64,000 bases of DNA from Eledone cirrhosa (taxonomy: Eukaryota), in the NCBI GenBank assembly GCA_964016885.1, contig OZ024743.1, forward strand, positions 360,096,001 through 360,160,000, written 5' to 3'. The position numbers and the translations under genes are program-made. This document shows, piece by piece, positions 1 to 13,131 of the stretch; the stretch's first letter is position 1, and the number at the start of each line of letters is the position of its first letter. The notes below the pieces were generated by a model. It did not search any database, was not told the DNA's origin, and saw only the letters and a program-made list of their open reading frames with translations.

Positions 1-700
1 TTTTTTTAAATATATTATATTATTACCATGAGAAAATATTTCGTAAACATATATACTTTTTGATGTTAGATATTTTCTTCCTTAAACATTATTTTCTTCT
101 TTCCTTCCGCGCTCATTTTAAACAAACTATTTACGTACACATATTACATTACATAAAAACAAACTTAAACCCTAACTAATTCCTCTAAATTCATAACTCA
201 TTCATTCTTCTCCTTCTTTTCACATTATATCCTTAATAACATTAATATTTTTATTTTAATAATACATATTAATAAATTATTTTCCTCGCACGTATTATTA
301 AACCATTCAATATACAAACCTTAATTTAATACTATTCTTAATTCATTTTTCTTCATGCATAAACCTCATTAACTTTTAATTTCAAAATGTTTTAAATTAT
401 CTATTATCTTCCAACAGCTTTTTAATTTCTCTCTGTGAGACAATATATATTTTTTCTCAGTTGTAAAGGCTATCTCTCTCTCCCTCCCTCTCTCTATCAC
501 CCATCTCTCCTTCTCTCTCATCCTTCCTTCTTATACTCCTCCCCCACCATCTTTTACTCTCATTTCTTCCTCTTCCTTACCTTTTCCAACCCTCCCTCAC
601 GTTTTCCCAATCTCATACATCAATCTTAATTTATTTTTCATATGTTGATTTAAAACTTCACTATTCACAAGTGTTTTTTAAGCTTCATATCATGTATCCC

Positions 701-771
701 TATTTTATCTGATGAGAACGCAGATACCATCCCATGATGATATTTGTTCTTGAAATGCGCATAATAAAATA
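701..771 (+). ncRNA. Type I hammerhead ribozyme at the 3' end of a PLE-like repeat
   Basis: Stem I tattttat/ataaaata, CTGATGA (709-715), stem II gaac..gttc, GAAA (752-755), palindromic stem III tgcgca, cleavage triplet AUA. A ~125-bp tail and (TA)n follow. Confidence 0.75.
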
Positions 772-893
772 CTTGGAACTCTTTTAACCATCTTTTGATC
801 TTATATTATTTATACTCCAGTCCTACAAACTGTAGAGTGCTACTTATCCGATATTTGCATTGATTTATTGTGCTACAATAAAACTCACCTCCT

Positions 894-897
<4 letters not shown>

Positions 898-986
<89 letters not shown>
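898..986. repeat. (TA)n microsatellite, representative of dozens in the window (e.g. 10062-10188, 10581-10860, 11343-11532, 12316-12396, 42591-42688, 47373-47467, 58311-58403)
   Basis: Direct reading of the sequence. Confidence 0.99.
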
Positions 987-991
<5 letters not shown>

Positions 992-1749
992 TTGCGAGGT
1001 TTTTGATATGAAATCAAAACACAGTCACCCAAACGCGAACACACACCAAACACTATACACACGTTAGCGTATGCATGCGCAGAGAAGAAGACAAACATAA
1101 ATAAATAAATAAACAGATAAAATAAAAATGGCGGTGAAACACAATACAACAGGAGGAACATAATAGTACAACTGCTGATGTTGCAGATGTGCAACGAAAG
1201 AACTTTGTTAGACTATATATATGTGTGTATATATAGTCTAACAAAGTTCTTTCTGTATATATCTATATTATATCTGTATTTTTGACCATTGGTCAGTCAA
1301 TGGTAAACTGTGGAGATATAAAAGATACAGAAGCGAAAACTAATCAAACACTGAATGTGTTCTGTTATTATTTCTGGCAATATTATTACAAAAATATGGC
1401 CCTCTCCAAGTATAACAATATATATATATATACATGCAAAGTTTAAAGTACACAACAAAAAATAAATTTTAGATATAGATATATGTTTTGTTTTTATAAA
1501 TAGTCGTAATTATTTAAATAGTTTTTGTGTTCAACTGTTTTCACTGAGTAGTTTCTCAAACCTTTCGTTTAATTTTTTACGTGGTGCTATAAGCTATGTT
1601 GAATATTTTGCCCTCTACCTGCCGCTTATATTTTGGCTAAAAGAAGCGATGCAACTGGTCGTATCGTTGTTGCTTATGTCAACGAAAATACAACCCATGA
1701 CAAAGAATGTAGCTCTGGTTTGAGTAAGTATTAAAGATTATATGTATAA

Positions 1750-2210
1750 TTAATTGCAGTTCGATTTAAATCAACTAATAAAAAATCTTCCTTTGCTGAC
1801 TTATCCGTTCTTCCTCGTCGCCTAACTGCACTGATAGAATGGAAAAACATCGAAATCTAGCAAAGTTTCTTCTCCGCAATCCTCTAAATATTGGCTATGA
1901 GGGATCTTTCTGGTTTCCGAAACCTTGATATTTTTACGGAAAATGTCAACCTTGCTGGGATTATCAGTCCTGTTTGACACCTATAGTGTTCATGGCCAAC
2001 TTTACAGGAGAGGTCAGTTTTAATTTTGAAAATATGTTCCCCTTTGAATTGAAATTCGTGCCCTTCTAACAAATAGATGCATAATCCGCAATTTTATCAG
2101 TTGTATATTTTCCCTCGGGGCACTTTGATTACGGGTTGCAGTTTTGCTTTTGTCAGTCACTAGAACAGTTGTATCTATGTTGAACAAAATCAGGTGCATT
2201 TTCAAATCTT
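1750..2210 (-). pseudogene. Degenerate Neptune-type PLE linker/GIY-YIG fragment
   Basis: LEGHEFQFKGEHIFKIKTDLSC...HY..QTG...FPFYQ parallels EGSELYFKEGQRFIVKHNFTC..YIGQT..IFP of the 44154-45023 ORF. Stops and frameshifts present. Confidence 0.6.
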
Positions 2211-3053
2211 GATATATATAAAGAGAGAGAGAGAGAGAGAGCGCAAGGAAGATTAGCGAGTAAGGTTAGGCATAGTGGGGAAGGTAGACTTTACACTTCC
2301 TGGGACAGTACACGTCGTGGTAAATGAGGTTAAATATAAGTTTATGGAATACGTTTGCTTGAATTCATGTGTGGCTTTGGTATGATGTAGTTGAATTGAG
2401 GCTCAAATTAAGGCAATTGACGCTCTTAGTTATACACACAAAACACAAGACACGAACAAAGCACACAGATACATGTATATGTGGGTATATATATATACAT
2501 ATATGTATATGGTTATAAATGTGTATGTATATATATTTATATATGTATGCATCTATTTATATATATATGTAAATATAAATATATATATATATGATTTTTG
2601 ATTTAGGATTTTAATTTTTATTTCCAACTCTCACTCATAACTTACAATATAAAACCATGATACCTAGAATTAAGTATATTTTCTCTTGGGACTTGATGGT
2701 CAGTCGTATTGTCCAAGCTTGGTGAGAGGTAGTTTGTGACCTGTAAAAACTAACACTCTCCCATCCCCTCTGGCTTTCGGCTGACTGCCACAGAAGGGAC
2801 GGGTAGCAGTAAACTATGGTACAGGCCTAAATGGGTCATTGTTTGGCTGAGAGGGTGAACTGACTAAGCGAATTTCGTTGAAATCTGCGGTAGCTAATAA
2901 TCAACTTCCTTCGGACATGCGTCTGCGCAGACCGGTGGGGGTGAATTGGTACACAGAGGGGAACGGATGAAAAACCCAAAAGCACACACTTTGTCCGTTC
3001 CCATGTCGATTCGATTTGGATTTCCTCGGAAACATAATCTTATTATGTAACAA

Positions 3054-3127
3054 GCTGTCTGATGATGTCAAGACACTCGCACACAGAACAGTGTGGCCAG
3101 TGTCGTCATTGAAATATATAACACAGC
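3054..3127 (+). ncRNA. Type I hammerhead ribozyme motif
   Basis: Stem I gctgt/acagc (2-nt offset), CTGATGA 3059-3065, stem II including gacact/agtgtc, GAAA 3111-3114, palindromic stem III tata, AUA. Confidence 0.6.
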
Positions 3128-3176
3128 ATTATTATTAAAGGACTTGAACATTTGAAACTACTTCACTTTTACTTAT

Positions 3177-3199
<23 letters not shown>

Positions 3200-3208
<9 letters not shown>

Positions 3209-4742
3209 GTTAAATCTTAGACGGGAACAAAAACAGAGAGGCCGTACAAACATGAGTTTATTAGGTTCACGCTTTTGAGAGTGGGGTGGGTGCGGGTTGA
3301 ACGACGTTTCGGGCATAAGCCCTTCATCAGGCAAAAAGTGGCTAGAAAGACATTTAGAACAAAAAAGGAGGGGGGGGGGACGAAAAACGATTTTAGAAGT
3401 ACAAATAAAAATAAATATGAAAATAAACATAAAAATGAACAAGTGGTGGAAGGGTGTGTGGCGTGTAGGGGTGGAGTTGGGAGAGGGAGGCGGGGTTCCG
3501 AGCGGGGATGGCTGAAGGTGGTGTTTGTGTACGTGTGTGTGTGTGCGTGTGTATGTGAATGTGAGAGTTTGGGGAAGAACGAGGTTCCATGTTGAGGAAA
3601 AGGGGAACCAGTGTGTGCTTGGGGTGGGGTATAAATCGGTGTGTCCATGTGAATGGAGAGGGGTCTGAGGAATGGGGGAGGGGGGAGGTGCGTGTGGATT
3701 ATGGAGGCTGAATGTGTGTGTGTGGATACGCACGTGTGTGTTTGTGTATATAGGTGGTGTGGATGTAGGTGGCGTGGTTCGAAAAAATGTTCCTAAGGTA
3801 GTTCCGTGGAGTGTAGAGTGGATAGCTAGAACGATGACCGGTGGTGTGAAATCCATTTTTGGTGGTGGTCGGAAGTGGAGAGATGTGGGGTGCGCGCGCA
3901 AAAGAAAGTGGTCAGAGGGTCAAGGCAGGGTGAAGAGATAGCAGTAGTGGAGGATGACAGGTGAAGAAAGGGTCTGTATGTGGTGAGGACTGTGTGTCTG
4001 TGTGTGGGGAGGTGACGTGGACAGGGGAGAAGATGGGTAGGTGTGAAACGTGGAGAGGGAAGGTGGTGATGTGTGGGATGGGGTGTATATTAGTGTAGGT
4101 GTTAGTGGGATGTGTGTGCGTGAAGGCGTGTAGTTGGAGCGGGGAGAGGGAGAGAGAAGGTGTTGGGGCGAAGGAGGAAGTGTAGTGTACTGGTGTGCGT
4201 GTTTGGATGAGTGTGTGTGTGGTAGAGGGGGTGGTGGTGGGTGTTAGTATTACTGGTATTAGTATTATTAGTTGTGGGGTGGGCCAAGAGGGTGGGCCGG
4301 TGAAATGGAGGAGTGTGTTAGTGGTATTAGTGGGGGGGGGGGGCTGGTGGTGCGAAGGCTAAATGAATAGGGGTGGGAAATTCAGGCCGGGGGAGGGGGT
4401 GTTGGTCTGTAGGGTGAAGATGGTGTGTTGTTTGACCGTGAGACGGGTTGCGAGTGTTTCATGACATTGGAGTAGGCCACAGACTGTGAGGTGGTGGGTG
4501 GAATGTCGAGGGGAGCAAAAGTGGCGGGAGATGGGGGAACTGCCACCGAGACGAATATCATGGAGGTGTTCAGTGAAAGGGTTCGCCAGCCGACGTTCAG
4601 TCTGCCCGACGTAGGTTCCGCTGAACTCCGTGCAGCGAAGTCCATAGACTAGGTTGAAGGAGGTGCAGCGGAATGTGTGCTGGACAGAGAGAGAGTGACC
4701 GTTTGGACCATGGAAGGAGGTGGTGTTGGTGATGTGGGGGCA
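3200..4742 (-). mobile_element. 5'-truncated Neptune-type PLE: GIY-YIG endonuclease C-terminus, CA-rich 3' UTR and HHR
   Basis: A minus frame not in the ORF track (about 4680 to 4382) reads FRCTSFNLVYGLRCTEFSGTYVGQTERRLANPFTEHLHDIR..SPISRHF..HTIFTLQT. HHR at 3303-3330. Flanked by (TA)n. Confidence 0.85.
3303..3332 (-). ncRNA. Minimal hammerhead ribozyme
   Basis: Minus strand CTGATGA-a-gggc-ttat-gccc-GAAA-cg-TC. Palindromic 2-bp stem III, GUC site, weak stem I. Confidence 0.75.
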
Positions 4743-4767
4743 AGTATATATATATATATATATATAC

Positions 4768-6139
4768 GGGATAACAAGTTATCGTTATAGGCAATCCGGT
4801 ATGTCCCATTGCGGACTCTGCAACGTTGAATTGCTACATATCTTAAGGTACGATAAAATGCTTCTTAACAGCAAAATAGAAAAGTCAGTTTTCTGCTGAC
4901 ACAGGATTGCTACTAAATTTACGAGATTTAAACCACCGTGATTTGAACCAGGATCCACGAACTTAATGGGAAATCACTTAGAATTTAACGTATAAAATCC
5001 GCATTCTCACACAGCCCACCTCAGAACCATAATCTTTTATAAACATCTTCCAGCCTCCCTACATCTATATCACCAAGATGGGGCAGCAATATCTACAAAA
5101 ATATACCAATTATCATGTCAGCCCATAAATCAATCTAGCATTTGCTGTTGTTTATTCTTTCGGACCAAACAATTATATCTACATAGCTCACATTAGCACC
5201 CATGATCTCTAACAGTAGAACTTAATTCTAAGTACATTATCTTATTACCCTTACACTCCTTGAAACTCTTATTTTCTTATTTTCTTCATATTACTGTTAT
5301 GATCATCTCAATGTACCCTATCCCTAATTTTATTCATCATGTTCTCTATCTATTTACCATGCATATTTTATTGTTGATTTATTGTCTTAATTATACGCTA
5401 TTTATCATCGAAGTTGTGAAAACTAAACACCCATGATTCGAACTAACAGTCTCAACATTTAAAATAAGCCACCTAAACCTTAAAATACTGAATCTACTAT
5501 ATATCTTTATACACTCACTCTATCAATATAACTAAGTTAATACAACGAAAATACTTATCTATCAGACCATAAATCAATCTCGGGTTTATTGCTAGCGTGC
5601 CTTTAGACCCACAGCACACTTGCATCTAGATCACTCATGATTGCACTTAAAGGGGCAGATTCCAAAAATCTGACTCTCGGTACATTTTATTAGTTATCTC
5701 TTCATCCCTCAAAATCTACGTCTAAAGTAACCTATAGTAGGTTTCACATGTCAAGTTCATACATCTGTATCATATCACTTCGGTTACCATGCTAGTTTTA
5801 TAATTTTATCATTATATTCTTTGGCCTTGTGCCTAAAGTAGAAACAGTTATCATTATATTCTATTTCTCACTTATATTGATGTAATTAATTTAACTATTC
5901 AGTATCTAGTTATTTTGTTATTGATATTATTGTTCTGATCTAATACCACTCCTCTATAAAAGCCATGCCTTGTGTATCATCCTCACATTCGCTCGCTCTG
6001 ATGAATTAAAGTATTGGAGTTCGATTGACAAAACATCTAGCCATTAGCGAACTCTAGACCTACCTGATCAAAGAAACAATTGTCAGCACTGTGAATAAAG
6101 CCCTTATTGTACAGACAACCATGCTACTCTTATCTCTTG

Positions 6140-6141
<2 letters not shown>
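4768..6141 (+). mobile_element. 3' end of a Naiad-type PLE with long 3' UTR and tandem degenerate HHR motifs
   Basis: 4771-4941 reads ..HCGLCNVELLHIL..LLNSKIE..FC*H..FKPP*, the CxLC..E..LN..E..CxH end seen in the other Naiad ORFs here. HHR-like cores at 5998-6040 and 6064-6084, then AATAAA. (TA)n on both sides. Confidence 0.7.
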
Positions 6142-6181
<40 letters not shown>

Positions 6182-6187
<6 letters not shown>

Positions 6188-9100
6188 TAACAGATTAAAG
6201 TTTAAGCAAAGAATCGGTGCTTTCACCCTTAACGGGATCTTCTGAAAATATCAGAGTCAATCTGTGAACGCAGAAGTGCATATTTCAAAAAACGTTGCAA
6301 CCGGAGGAAGACAGGAATACGATACTCTGGTTCGTGGAAACGTCCCCTGTCAAAAAACGGGAAAAGGCGAATATAATACGTCATTATTTGGAGCGGTGAA
6401 AAAAATTACACTCAAAGATAAAACCACGTATAAGGTATAAAAGAAGTCGTAGACTAATATTCTATTAGGTGGTTCATAGAGACGTTCTGTGGCAATGAAC
6501 GGAAAAAAACGAAGAAAATACGGCATATGTGGAGCGGGGAGAACAATTACAGGCAAAGACAAAACCACGTAAATGGTATAACTGAAGTCGTAGACTAAAA
6601 TTCTAACTAGGAAACCGAATGATTCTCGGATTCAGAGTTAAATAAGGTAAATAAAATACAGAGGTAATTGAAATAAATAAATACATACGCACATCCATAA
6701 ACGTACATACACAAGCTTACGCAAAACACTCGCCATAGGTATACAAATACACGCACGTACACAAAAAAACCCCGCACGCACATACAGAACCCACGCAACG
6801 CCTGTACCCGCACGCATACGAATGTATACACCAAATACACATAAAAATATATATAAAAAAAATATATAAATATATGTGTGTGTGTGCGTGGATACATATA
6901 ATTAAATAAACGTATATAAATAAACAAATACGTATATAACAAGCGCACACACATACCTATATGTAAATACACATATGTTCAGAGAGGTTACGTCAACAAA
7001 AACACAAAGTACACGCACCCGACATACATAGGAACCCGCATACTCACACAGACGCAAAACTCACGTATACACATAACCAAAAGCATATGTACCAGAATAT
7101 ATAATATATACGCCATAATATATACAATCAAATATACGTACGAGAAAGTATACGTACCTTCACAAAACATACAGGTAGTATATACTTACCTATACAAATA
7201 AGTAATGGTATAAACATAACATATACTTAGCTGCCACATCAAGATGTAAAATAACCGCGCATTGTTCGTACTATCCGTTTGGGTATAATGTGGGGCTGTG
7301 ATACAGGAAAGTGTTGTGCAATTTATGTTTACAAGCCGAAATTCCCTCAGATTTTTTGTTTAAGATGCGGACTTTGCCGTAGAGTATTTCCAGGGCCTCA
7401 GTGGTGCAGAGGTCACATGGTCTTTTTTCCGTTATACGATCTAGCTCCAGAGAGGATCTCCCAGTGTAACTTTTATTGGGTCTGGTTGTCTTTTAGACTC
7501 CAGATATAAGCTGAAAGTGACGTCATATTCCTTCTTAAAGGGTTACGAAAAGAATGGGTATTCATGTAAAAACGCTGCTTGAATCTATTGGCGGTTAACC
7601 CTATGTAGGCCCTACGGGACAATTCTTTCGCGGTGATTGATTGGTTCAACGGCATATGCAACAAGGAACATTGCCGTTTTATCCAATTCGACATCAATAA
7701 TTACTACTCCTCCATCACTTTACCATTTTTCCTTAGAGCTATCAATTTCGCTGAAACACTCACAGTGGTTAAGGATTTCGAAGTTGATGTCATCCTCAAT
7801 CCTCGTAAGTCGGTGATTAATTTCGACGACTCTATTTGGATTAAACAATCTAATAGTACCCCATTCGAGGTTACTGATCTTATCGGCCTTTTCCATCTTT
7901 TCTCTCTCAAGGAAGAATTCACAACGCGAGCGGTGGTTTGTACCGTGATGATGGTCTTTTGACCATGACTAAGTGCGGTCCACGTGCTTGCGACAGGTTC
8001 AGAAAAGAACTCATAGCCTTCTTTAAAGGCTTCAACCACTCCATACAGCTTGAGGCCAACCTCTCGGTAGTTAATTACCTCGACGTTACCCTCAATTTAT
8101 CGAATGGCTTGCATTACCCGTATAGAAAGCCGAATGATACGCTTAATTACATAAGTAGGCATTCTAACCATCCTCCCAGCCAGCATAACCAAGAACCTGG
8201 TAAGAAACGTTTCTTTGAGGCTTTCCCGTCTATCTACTAACGAACATATTTTCAACGACGATTCCACATTTTACAATGAAGCTCTTGCTCGTAGTGGATT
8301 TGTCGATAAAGTAGCATTTACAGAGTACAAGAATAGACCTAGAAAAAATAGATCCCGACGCATTATATCGTATAACCCACCATATAATATGGAGGTGGCC
8401 ACACCATTAGCTAAGATCTTTCTTTCCCTTATTATGAAGCATTTTCCCCCTACACATAAATATAGTAAAATGTTTAATAAAAATACTATTAAAATTTCTT
8501 ACTCTACGATTCCAAACCTTGCACATAACATCACAACTTCAAATTTAGCTACACTACATAGCCGTAGCAACACGTGCATACCCATTCTTTTCGTAACCAT
8601 TTAAAAAGGAATATGACGTCACTTTCAGCTTATATCTGGAGTCTAAAAGACAACCACACCCAATATAAGTTACACAGGGAAATCCTAGCTAGGGCTAGAT
8701 CGTATAACGGAAATAAAAGACCATGTGATCTCTGCGCCGTTGAGGGCCTGGAAATACTCTACGCCAAAGACCACATCTTAAACAAAAAATCTGAGGCATT
8801 TTCGGCTTGTAAACATAAATTGCACAACATTTTCCTGGATTACAGCCACACATTATACCCTAACGGATAGTGCGAACTATACGCGGATATTTTACGTCTT
8901 GATGTGGCAGCTAAGTATATGTTATGTTTATACCATTACTAATTTGTATAGGTAAGTATATATTACCTGTATGTTTTGTGAAGGTACGTATACTTTCTCG
9001 TACGTATATTTGATTGTATATGTTATGGCGTATATATTATATATTCTGGTACATATGCTTCTGGTTATGTGTATACGTGAGTTTTGCGTCTGTGTGAGTA

Positions 9101-9257
9101 TGCGGGTTCGTACGTATGTCGGGTGTGTGTATATGTGTACTTTGTGTTTTGGTTGATGTACATCTCCGAACATATCTGTATTTACATGTAGGTATGTGTG
9201 TGCGTTTGTTATATACGTATTTATTTATATACGTTTATTTAATTATATGTATACACG

Positions 9258-9288
<31 letters not shown>

Positions 9289-10053
9289 TTTTTCATATTT
9301 GTATTTGGTGTATACATTCGTATGCGTGCGGGTACAGGCGTTGCGTGGGTCCTGTATGTGCGTGCGGGGTCTTCTTTTGTGTACGTGCGTGTATTTGTAT
9401 ACTTTCTGGCGAGTGTTTTGCGTATACTTGTGTATGTATGTTTATGGATGCGTGTATGTATTTATTTATTTCAATTATCTCTGTATTTTATTTACTTTAT
9501 TCTGAACTCTGAAGCCGAGAATCATTCGGTTTCCTAGTTAGAATTTTAGTCTACGACTACAGTTATACCATTTACGGGGTTTTGTCTTTGCGTGTAATTG
9601 TTCTCCCCGCTCCACATATGACGTATTTTCTTCGTTTTTCCGATCATTGCCAGAGAACGTCTCTATGAACCACCTAGTAGAATATTAGTCTACGACTTCT
9701 TTTATACCATAAACGTGGTTTTGTCTTTGCGTGTAATTGTTTTTCACCACTCCAAATAATGACGTATTATATTCGTTTTTTTCCGTTCTTTGCCGGGGAA
9801 TGTTTCCACGAATCAAAGTATCGTCTTCCTGTCTTTCTCCGGTTGCGAAGTTTTTTGAAATATTCACTTCTGCGTTCACAGATTGACTTTGTTAGTTTCA
9901 GAAGATCCCGTTAAGGGTGAAAGTAGCGATTCTTTGCTTAAATTTAATCTGTTATTTTAATAAATATTTGCTCTACGGTTCTTATATATTTGATATATAT
10001 TTATCCTTATCGAGCCCTCTTTGGATTGTAGTCTTCAAATTTATTATTATTAC
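6182..10053 (+). mobile_element. Naiad-type PLE (family A): inverted 3' copy (6182-~7625, minus) head-to-head with a 5'-truncated forward copy (~7626-10053)
   Basis: 6182-7565 is the reverse complement of ~8575-9962. The forward copy has an extra ~90-bp tail. Bounded by (TA)n. Confidence 0.9.
7633..8870 (+). pseudogene. Disrupted Naiad reverse transcriptase, thumb and GIY-YIG C-terminus
   Basis: Motifs FIQFDINNYYSSI, YRDDGL, NYLDVTLNL, PYRKPN, SNHPP, NPPY, NKNTIKISYS, CDLC..E, CKH across four frameshifted ORFs. The inverted arm keeps YIGLTANRFKQRF (7473-7625, minus). Confidence 0.9.
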
Positions 10054-10085
10054 TCTCTCTCTATATATATATACATATATATATT

Positions 10086-10209
<124 letters not shown>

Positions 10210-10576
10210 ACATATATACGTTGTATGTGTCGGTGTGTGCATGCGCGTGTGTACATGTGTGTGTCTCTCTGAGTGCATCTTCAGCAATGTGTAATATGAT
10301 TATGGTTCCAATACAAACATTCAAGGAACTTTATTAAACTAACAGAAATTTCGCTGCTTGAGGTCTGTATAATTCAACATTCCTTTGAAATAATCTTGAA
10401 TTGAAAAATTTCCAAGAAATATCAAACATTAGAAGTCATAAGGATTCAAGAGCTCTCAGGAATCTCTTTCAAAACTGTATAAAATGTACTAGCAGATTCA
10501 TAGATAAACCCAAGTACAGAGAGATACTACCACAAACATATTCACACATGCGCACTTGCGCATAAATTAATACATA

Positions 10577-10674
<98 letters not shown>

Positions 10675-10700
10675 TATATATACATATATATATATATATA

Positions 10701-10792
<92 letters not shown>

Positions 10793-10809
10793 TATATATA
10801 CATACATAC

Positions 10810-11606
<797 letters not shown>

Positions 11607-11612
11607 CGTATA

Positions 11613-11686
<74 letters not shown>

Positions 11687-11981
11687 GTAGGGGACAACCT
11701 GTATATATATATATAAATTATTTGTGACTAATCCCGCTATTTTTATATAAAAGAACAGCGATAATATTGCTTTTTGCTGAACTCCTTATTGTAGAGTTTT
11801 TTTTCGGAATGTTTTTTACTGTTGTTTCTTGTAAACAAACATTCGTCTCATTCTGACGTCACCAGCCCTGTCTTTCCACATGTGCGTTTTATTTTCATAA
11901 TCACGCATGATGGTGAACTAGCCTGCTTTTAATTCCCCTTTTGGCATATTAATCAGTGAGAAATTTTGGTTATCGAGTTGA

Positions 11982-12061
11982 GCTCTGCTGAGGATCGAAT
12001 TCCAACCGTAACCATCTCCACAGAAAGTTTTTGAGAAATAGTCTTCAAGACTATACAGAGC
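11982..12061 (+). ncRNA. Complete type I hammerhead ribozyme with a looped (monomer-competent) stem III
   Basis: Stem I gctctg/cagagc, CTGAGGA 11988-11994, stem II tcgaa/tttga, GAAA 12035-12038, stem III tagtc-ttcaa-gacta, AUA site at 12053-12055. Confidence 0.85.
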
Positions 12062-12312
12062 ATTTGAAGTTTTTTCAAAATTGAAGGATGAGTATTTTAA
12101 ACTTTATTTTATCATGAGTTAAGGCTCTATTGATTTTCCTTGGATTTCACTAAATTCTGTTGCATGAATCTATATCCTGATTCTTTTTTTGTTGAGTTTG
12201 AATTATTTTTCCCACATCTTACGTTAACTATTTTTCCCATTTTGACGTTATAGTCACTTATATATTATGGAATACTGTTTGGCTTTTTGCTACAATATTT
12301 TCTATACCTTTC

Positions 12313-12396
<84 letters not shown>

Positions 12397-12398
<2 letters not shown>

Positions 12399-13077
12399 CG
12401 TAGTCGAGGAATCTAGGAGCAGTTTAGGTATGATACATTTTATTACTAATTATATCTAAATGTTCCTTGTCTCTTCATAATGTATTTTTAACTCTGATAC
12501 TGGTTCAGTCCAGTTCAACCGGATTGGTCTGTCCCATCATTCATTGAGCAACATCGGTGAGGTTGGCACCCTTAACTCACGGTTGGGTGTGGATGCATTC
12601 ATGTATATGTGTGTGTCCGCATGTATCTGTGTGTTTCTAAATATATTGTTAATAACTCCCTCTGGTTGAGTAATCTTTGAAGTGTGGTGGCTGCTGGAAA
12701 GCTGCCATTACTCATACTTCTCGCCCCCTTCACCACCTCTTCTACGGCTTCTACGATATGAATACCCCCTCCGCCTCTGTGGTATTTTCTTCGGGGTTAT
12801 AGGAGGCTTAGCTCTGTTTCTCGACCGTTATATCGCGTGACTATCTCCCCCTCCGCCTTTTGGGATTCTTTCTCACGTCGTGTAGACGCGTTCTTGAGAC
12901 TAGTAAAATGAGGTATCCTCTTGATAAGTCGGCAGACCTCGCAGGGACTCTATATCTTTATGATGTATTGTTTTTGTTTATGCCACGAAACAACGTAGTC
13001 GAGGAATCTAGGAGCAGTTTAGGTATGATACATTTTATTACTAATTATATCTAAATGTTCCTTCTCTCTTCATAATG

Positions 13078-13084
<7 letters not shown>
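12397..13084 (+). mobile_element. Non-coding HHR-bounded unit (595-bp period, ~90-bp terminal direct repeats), retrozyme- or solo-pLTR-like
   Basis: 12398-12490 is repeated at 12993-13084. The repeat starts inside HHR stem III. (TA)n on both sides. Confidence 0.8.
12916..13005 (+). ncRNA. Hammerhead ribozyme, U3-A8 core variant
   Basis: Stem I tcctc/gagga, TTGATAA 12921-12927, stem II gt(c)ggca/tgccac, GAAA 12987-12990, stem III c(t/a)acgtag, GUC. Confidence 0.75.

Positions 13085-13130
<46 letters not shown>

Positions 13131-13131
<1 letters not shown>

Noticed and set aside
3194-3941. 235-aa Pro/His/Thr-rich ORF and overlapping frames
   Set aside because: Low-complexity CA-rich PLE 3' UTR. 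Its PDEGLMPETS motif is just the translated hammerhead core.
4891-4902. In-frame TGA in a Naiad ORF (FC*H); some Naiads are reported selenoproteins
   Set aside because: The TGA is at the x of CxH, not at a Cys position (the other Naiads here have CKH and CPH). CGA to TGA decay is simpler and no SECIS was recognised.
9893-9932. HHR-like cagaaga-tccc..gggt-gaaa in Naiad family A (mirror at ~6214-6245)
   Set aside because: The core is CAGAAGA, and stems I and III do not form in either copy. At best a relic.
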